Part shown: one piece after another, positions 1-64,000 of the stretch
Numbering within the stretch: the stretch's first letter is position 1
How the letters are laid out: the number at the start of each line of letters is the position of its first letter
Source of the DNA: Octopus vulgaris
Taxonomy: Eukaryota
Direction: 5' to 3'
Assembly: GCA_951406725.2 (NCBI GenBank)
Contig: OX597823.1
Location: 24,924,001-24,988,000, forward strand
DNA length: 64,000 bases
Translations under genes and position numbers: made by a program
The notes under the pieces: model-generated
The model's input: only the letters and a program-made list of their open reading frames with translations
Databases searched by the model: none
What the model was told of the DNA's origin: nothing

Positions 1-1202
1 GGTGTCTGGGACACCATACCTAGCATAATGTTCATTCAGAAATTCAACTGTTACTGTGGATGTCAGTTTGCTACATTTACACATTTCTAGCCATTTTGTA
101 TAACTGACTACCACTATTAGATAATATGATCGGTTTAATGGTCCTGTGAAGTCTATGAGTATTCTGGACCATGGACTATCGGTTTTGGGCCAATGTTGAA
201 ATTTCATAGATGGTGACTTTGCTGCAAGAACACATTCTCTGCAGGATTTTACCAACTTCTTGATATTTAGATCCATTTTTGACCAGTAAACATAACTCCT
301 CATAGGCAACTTCATTCTAGAAATCCTTGGATGTCCAGTGTGGAATTCCTTTAATATTCGACCTTGTTGTGAGATAGACATCACGACCCCCTGTGCATAC
401 ATAAGCACATTATCACATATCGAATACAAATTCAGAACTGTGTTACATCAAGCCATGCATATTTTTTTCTTTGTTTCATCTGATCTCCCTATTTTTTTTC
501 CTTTTTATGATTAATTCATCCATCTCTGCCTTAATTTATATTTACTCCAATGTCACAGGCAATTCATGCACAACATTGCACAATATATTTTTTTCAGCTT
601 TTAATGCTGCTATCACTGTGTCTTCCAGTGGTTCACTGTATTTTGGTATTAGTCTTGACAAACCATCTGCATGTCCCAATTTTGTCATTGGTAAATACTC
701 CATCTTGAAGTCATAATTCAGTAGGATCATTCCTCCATGTTGCAAACTGTTGGCTATATGAATGGGGATACTCTTTTTTGAACCATAGATCAACAATAAT
801 GGGTGGTTGTCTGTCGGCAAAAGGAACCTTCTTCCATGTATAAATTTATACAGCGGCGAGCTGGCAGAAACGTTAGCACGCCGGGCGAAATGCTTAGCGG
901 TATTTCGTCTGCGTTACGTTGTGAGTTCAAATTCCGCCGAGGTCGACTTTGCCTTTCATCCTTTCGGGGTCGATAAATTAAGTACCAGTTACGCTCTGGG
1001 GTCGATGTAATCGACTTAATACCTATGTCTGTCCTTGTTTGTCCCCTCTGTGTTTAGCCCCTTGTGGGTAATAAAGAAATAGGTATTTTATTACCACAAA
1101 ATTATGGCTAATGCCTCTATTTGCCTGTGGCTTTTCTCAGCCAGCTATAGTGAATGCAAAGCATGAGCTACTGCTTTCAGGCTACCATCTTCATACTTGT
1201 GT
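1..1202 (-). mobile_element. Degenerate Ty3/Gypsy pol fragment (RNase H, integrase zinc-binding and start of core), interrupted by a SINE
   Basis: Minus translation: TDNHPLL...LNYDFKMEY...GHADGLSRL (RNase H); EFHTGHPRISRMK...YVYW...VKSCRECV (HHCC); PWSRILIDFTGP...ARYGVPDT (integrase); stops and frameshifts. Confidence 0.85.
854..1086 (+). mobile_element. tRNA-derived SINE, CpG-rich (young) copy inside Gypsy RNase H
   Basis: A-box-like GCTGGCAGAAACG and B-box GAGTTCAAATTC; related copies at ~7780-7990 (+), ~12700-12905 (-), ~47130-47345 (+). Confidence 0.8.
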
Positions 1203-1716
1203 ATGATAGAAAGAGTAAGAGAGTAAAGTAATGGGTTATATAACTCTAGCCATTACTAAGTACATTTAGTTACATACTTTTACATTCTGGGTTCAAATCC
1301 CACCTGGATGTACTTCGTCATTCATACTTCTGAGGTTGATTAAACAAATGCTGAAGTTGATATATTTTCATGTATCCTCTCTGCAGAATCTGTGGTATTG
1401 TGTTTGTCATTAAAATTAATAACTTCAGCAATGATTATAATTATTATTGTATTTTAGGGTGATGGATTGCTAGAATCATTTGAGCATCAGACAAAATGTG
1501 CTGTGGTATTTGTTGTGGCTCTTTAATGTCTAACTTCTAATTCTGCTGATGTTAACTTTGCCCTTCTAGGGCCACTAAAATACTATACCAGTCAAGTTTA
1601 CAGACCAATTTGATCAGTTAAATCCTACCTCATATTTTTGTTGTTTTTTTCTATATTAGAAATTATTACTATTGTTGTTGTTATTTTCATTTGTCTAAAT
1701 TTTTCTTTAATTCCAG

Positions 1717-59168
<57,452 letters not shown>

Positions 59169-59316
59169 GTCAGTAGCATACTTTTATTTTATGTTTTGTG
59201 TGTGTGTGTGTATGCAATATATATATATATATATGTATATAAATTAGTTAATAAATCATATGGTATACACCTGGTAGTTCACAAGTAAAGCACACTACCT
59301 TTCTGTATTCCTTGGG

Positions 59317-59640
59317 TATTTGATTAATGAGAGACGGAACGTTTAAGATATAAGAATGTAGTGAAAATTTACTATTTTTAAATCTCACAACGTGAGATAT
59401 TCAGCAACAGTACTTTGTAGTAAAGATTGTTTGCCAACATAACATGGCAGTCCTGGTTTAGGATTAATGTTGCTGTAATTTAGCCCCAGGAGACATCGTC
59501 TCCAGCTGGCTATATGACACAATCTGTGTCCTTACATTTTCGAAACATGTTATGTTGGCAAACAATCTTTACTACAATAATATAGTGATCAATAAAGATC
59601 CTTATATCTTACATCTTCCATCTCACTCATTAATCAAATA
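59317..59640. repeat. Nested inverted-repeat element related to 48610-48890
   Basis: TATTTGATTAATGAG / CTCATTAATCAAATA outer arms; TTGTAGTAAAGATTGTTTGCCAACATAACATG inner arms. Confidence 0.7.
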
Positions 59641-59660
59641 TATATATATATATGCATGTG

Positions 59661-59701
<41 letters not shown>

Positions 59702-59794
59702 TTAGAGACAAAACCACTATTATGCAAATCAAACAAAGAAAGACTTAATCGAATACATAAAAAATTTTATATAAATTAAATAAATTTAAATTCG

Positions 59795-59840
59795 CCACTA
59801 CAATTGTTTCGTGTCTCTTCTAAGGACATTCATCAGGTGG
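59795..59840 (-). ncRNA. Minimal type I hammerhead ribozyme motif
   Basis: CCAC-CTGATGA-ATGTC..GACAC-GAAAC-AATT-GTA-GTGG; A-C mismatch at base of stem II. Confidence 0.7.
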
Positions 59841-60423
59841 TATTCAGATCTAAAAATAATCAATATTTTAAGATATAAATTTAAAATGACTGATAAATTT
59901 ATATTATTTATATTTTTTAATGAAAAAATATATATATAATCTATATATAATCTATATATAATCAAGAACTAAAATAACCTCTATAAACAATTGAATATAA
60001 TGAAACCTAGTATTTAAGTTCTCATATTTAAAGATGAAGAATCTAATTTCAAAAAACAAAAAGCAAAAATTACAATATATATACACACATGCTCATACCC
60101 ATATATCTAAGTATATATATAAACATATCTAAATACATACCCTAACTCACACACCCATATAAATATCTCTATACATACACATAAACCTCTAGGCAACGAT
60201 AAATTAATAAAGTAGCCGTATATTTCTACACATTACTTATTCATACTCCCACACATACACATACAACCCTCATTCATAAACACAGACAACAACACAGAGG
60301 AAACACCACATCCATCAGCCGCAGATACTCAACAACAACCCACAGAAACATTTCGTTCTTAGCAAGAAACTACCAAATACCATATACCACATATATACAA
60401 CAACCATACATAAATACTTAAAA

Positions 60424-60468
<45 letters not shown>

Positions 60469-60849
60469 TCCAAATACCACATGCATGCAACAAACATACA
60501 CAAATACGCAAACAAACACACACACACGCACACATACATAAACACCCAAAGGAAAACAATATTTCTACACATAAACAATGCACACCCACACACACACACA
60601 CACAATCACTCACACACAACCGCACTCCCACCGTAACACTCCAACACAGAGGAGTAACAAATTCAGCGGATACATACACTCAGTCACACACATACATGAA
60701 CATTCCCTACTCAGCAATATACTATTAAAAACACCAACACCACTCTAAAACAAATTTATGAATAAGAATAATAACTTATATAAAATTATTCTATTATTAA
60801 ACATAACCTAAACCATTTAAAACGAATCTATCTATTTATCAAAGTATGT

Positions 60850-60906
<57 letters not shown>

Positions 60907-60973
60907 TTGAAATACCTTAACATTAAGACATATTTCTGTACTTCTGATTCACTCTATGTTGTGCACAACATAG

Positions 60974-61004
<31 letters not shown>

Positions 61005-61149
61005 ATGTGTGTATGTGTGATAGAATTATATGCGTTTTTCTTTGGGGGTGGGGGACCTCTATCAGTCAAGTTTGATTGGTTGACTTTTCATCTGAACATG
61101 TATGCACAAGCCTGGACAAGATATTTTGCGGAAGATACATAGTTTCTAA

Positions 61150-62270
61150 TACATGCAAGCCTTTCCTCTCCATGCTACTGATGCTTAATCAAGAAAAAGG
61201 CAGCTGACTTGGGCCAATACAGCTTGACATCACTATTAGAATGCAAAGAGCTGGAACAGATACTGCAAGTTAGGATAAAAGAGATATCTTAGAGAGTGAT
61301 AATTCCAAGCATATCAAATTGCTAGATCAGGTGATGAAAGTTACAGAAAGGGTTATAGCTCAATTAATTAGGAAGAGAATTAGCCTTGGTCAGCTGTAGT
61401 TTGGTGTGGAGTCAAGTACTACCAATGCCTTCTTCATAGTATGTCAACCACAGGAGCTGTCTTTAGCTAAAATAAGCTGCTATTCTTGGCATCACTGACC
61501 TGGAAAAATCTTTTGACAGGGTCCCTTGCTCTGTGATATGGTGGTTGCTGAGGAAGATAGAAGTAGACAAATGGCTTGTGAGCTATTCAACCCTTGTACA
61601 GAGAAGCTGTCAGCAAGTTAGATTAGTAATAAGTATTGTGATAAATTCAATGTGCAAGTAGGAATCCACCCAGGCTGTGTTTTTCATCTTCTACTCAACA
61701 TAGTTCTCCAAGCTATAAAATATGCATTTAAGGCTAGATACCCATGAACTACTGTATAACAATAACCTCATTTTAAAAGCTGAATCTTTTGTAGAATTAA
61801 AAAAGAAATTCTAGGTGTGAAAGCAAAACCTAGAATCAAAGGACTCAAGGTTAACTTAGCAAACACTGAAGTTTTAGTAAGAAAACAGATTGCACTCTAC
61901 TCCCATCAGGAAAATTGCTTTGGTAGGAGGAAAGGCGGTAGCTAGATATTCCATACAGTGTACCCTGTACAAACTATGAATGTGTAAGAGGTGCAATGAA
62001 ATTACAGGCAGATTAACAGAGAAAGTAGACTTTGTATGTAAAATATGCACGAAAATAATAAGTACTAAGAACATGCAGAAAATAGATTTTATCTACTGAA
62101 CAGAAGGATCCCCATTAGTAGTAGATAGTTTTTTTTATCTAGATGGCCTAATTAGCAGTGGAAGAGGCTGTTCTGAAAGTGTAGTAGCTAGAATGAGAAC
62201 AGGCTCTAGAGAAAGTTCAGAGAGCTTTCACCAGTGTTGCTAACAATAGGCTGCTCTCAGAATGAGTCAA
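61150..62270 (+). mobile_element. Highly decayed RTE RT fragment (3' part resumes ~63060-63430)
   Basis: RGIKLLDQVMKV-like segment, DLEKSFDRVP, VQVGIHPGC, many stops. Confidence 0.7.
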
Positions 62271-64000
62271 GCTTTTCCTTCCCATTCATCTCTTTATCAT
62301 TCACACCTCCATCACTCTTAATTACTCAATAATTCTGCAGCTGTAGTTTATCAAAAGTAGAACTACATATTTCATCTTCTTTCTGTGGAAAGAAAATGGA
62401 ATTACTTATTTAGTTAAGGACAATACTTCCTTCTCCATCCTTATTTTCTTTTCCAGATGAAACCTGAAAAAAGTTGATGAGAAATAGTCAGAAGAGGAAA
62501 GCCTCTATCCTCAGAAGTTTTAACTTTGTCCACAGCACTTTTCTTATAGCCACAAAAGGGAGTATAAAGAAACAAGCCAGCAATATGCAGACACCAAATA
62601 AATGCATACAAAAGTGCTCTATATACATCTTGTATAGGTCTAAGGTGCTTTCATACCAGTAGAGTTTATCTTAAACTGGTAGTGCTCCAGCTAGCACTGC
62701 TGGGCCAGGGACTCCTGGAAGCTATCTGTAGTAATCACTGACCTGAAATTCCAACCAGTTAATTTTCATTCAATGTTAGAATATCATTGTTCTTTCTTTT
62801 CACTAACACTCCATAAATTGCTAGAGTGAAACTTCCACTAATTCTATTGCTCTATTGATAAAGGGTAATGAATATCTGATGGGGTTCCTGATGCCAGGTA
62901 CACAGTTTTGATCTAAGCTTCATCCTGGACTGTAGCTCTGTCAAGGAGAAGAAAATAGTCAAGATAAGAAAAGATTGAAGAGAATTCAGGAAGCTGCTAC
63001 TTATGCTAGTAACAGAGTAAAGGGTAGATTCTATGATACTCATGTTAGAACTAGTGATTCTATGATGCTCATATTAAAAGCTAGTGAGGTATGAACTTTG
63101 AATGCAGAAGACTTGCTAAGGCTAGAAAGAATGAGGCAAGCATGCTCTGCTGGAAGTGTAATGTTAGTATGCATAAACATCAAAAATACAAGTGAACTGA
63201 AAGTGTTGTATACAAGACAGAAGGCTATGCTGGTATAAGCATGTGATGTATATGAAGAGTAACTACTGCATAAGGATGTGCCATGTACTTCAAGTTAGTG
63301 GAATCCACAGAAGAGGATGACCAAGAAAGATATGGGTTGAAGTGGTGAAAGCTGACTTGAAAATGCTTCATCTCTCATAGATAACAAAGGACCATATAAA
63401 TTGGTTATATGAGATACTGCAGAAGACCCATGGCAACATAAACTAACTCAAGAGTACTGTTTAAAGGTTACAATATTTATACCCTGCCAGGCCTACATTT
63501 TCTTTCCTATCACCTTATATCTTTGACCCCTCCATCTACTAATTACTTGAGATTTGTACATGTTCTACAACATAAGGACCAGAAGCATGAGGTGTTCAAG
63601 GTTGCAAGTTAGTGTTAGAGAGAGCAAAAAATAAGCATATCTGAAATGAGGAAACTGTGGAGAAGTGTATCTGAAATGAAGAAAGCAATCTAACTATTAT
63701 TGTTGATGACAAGAAAGAGACAAGTAATATTATGAATGGAATAATATATGGGGAAAAAAGGGGGCTACCTCATACTGATCCAACCAAGAGACTCACAATT
63801 CAAGTTGATTGCAGTGTGGTGGTAAAGTGATTAAAACATGAAAGCAAGGAAAGTTACTGGCCCAGCTTGGATAGTAACTAGTCTATTCAAAACATCTGCT
63901 AGGTAGGATACATGATAATCATCCTTTACACCCAACTTTTTATCACTTGTAGCTCTTCATCTCTCATCTCATTCATAATGTCTATGTTGATCACAACATC

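Noticed and set aside
1638-1716. Apparent signal peptides before PAN ORFs (also 22757, 31948, 43621, 49143), suggesting single-exon secreted peptides
   Set aside because: These are translations of T-rich acceptor tracts, mostly from TTG/GTG starts. They are not conserved in frame (absent for A2 and B4), and conservation begins at the AG.
59169-64000. Expected CCP exon after B6
   Set aside because: No match found (AACTGTGGA near 63653 does not continue as CCP); it probably lies beyond the window.

Overview
AT-rich, microsatellite- and SINE-laden animal genomic DNA. The repeat families look like those of an octopod cephalopod; this is an inference from repeat recognition. The window lies inside one large + strand gene that the ORF track only partly shows. 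It contains 18 intact internal exons, all AG/GT-bounded and phase 1-1, in the order A-B-C A-B-C A-B-C-C A-B-C A-B-C A-B. A and B are two classes of 4-cysteine PAN/apple domain and C is an unusually short Sushi/CCP domain. Spliced together they give about 3870 nt (about 1290 aa) with no stop. No start, signal-peptide or terminal exon is visible, so the gene runs off both ends. The copies keep cysteines, frame and splice sites but differ heavily in amino acids and charge, and show a period-3 higher-order duplication pattern. Introns hold Gypsy, RTE, R4-like, Penelope, mariner/Tc1, Helentron-like and SINE remnants, several Penelope-type hammerhead ribozymes (two identical sense-strand copies bracket exactly one C-A-B unit) and several long inverted repeats. 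All coordinates and counts were made by hand.
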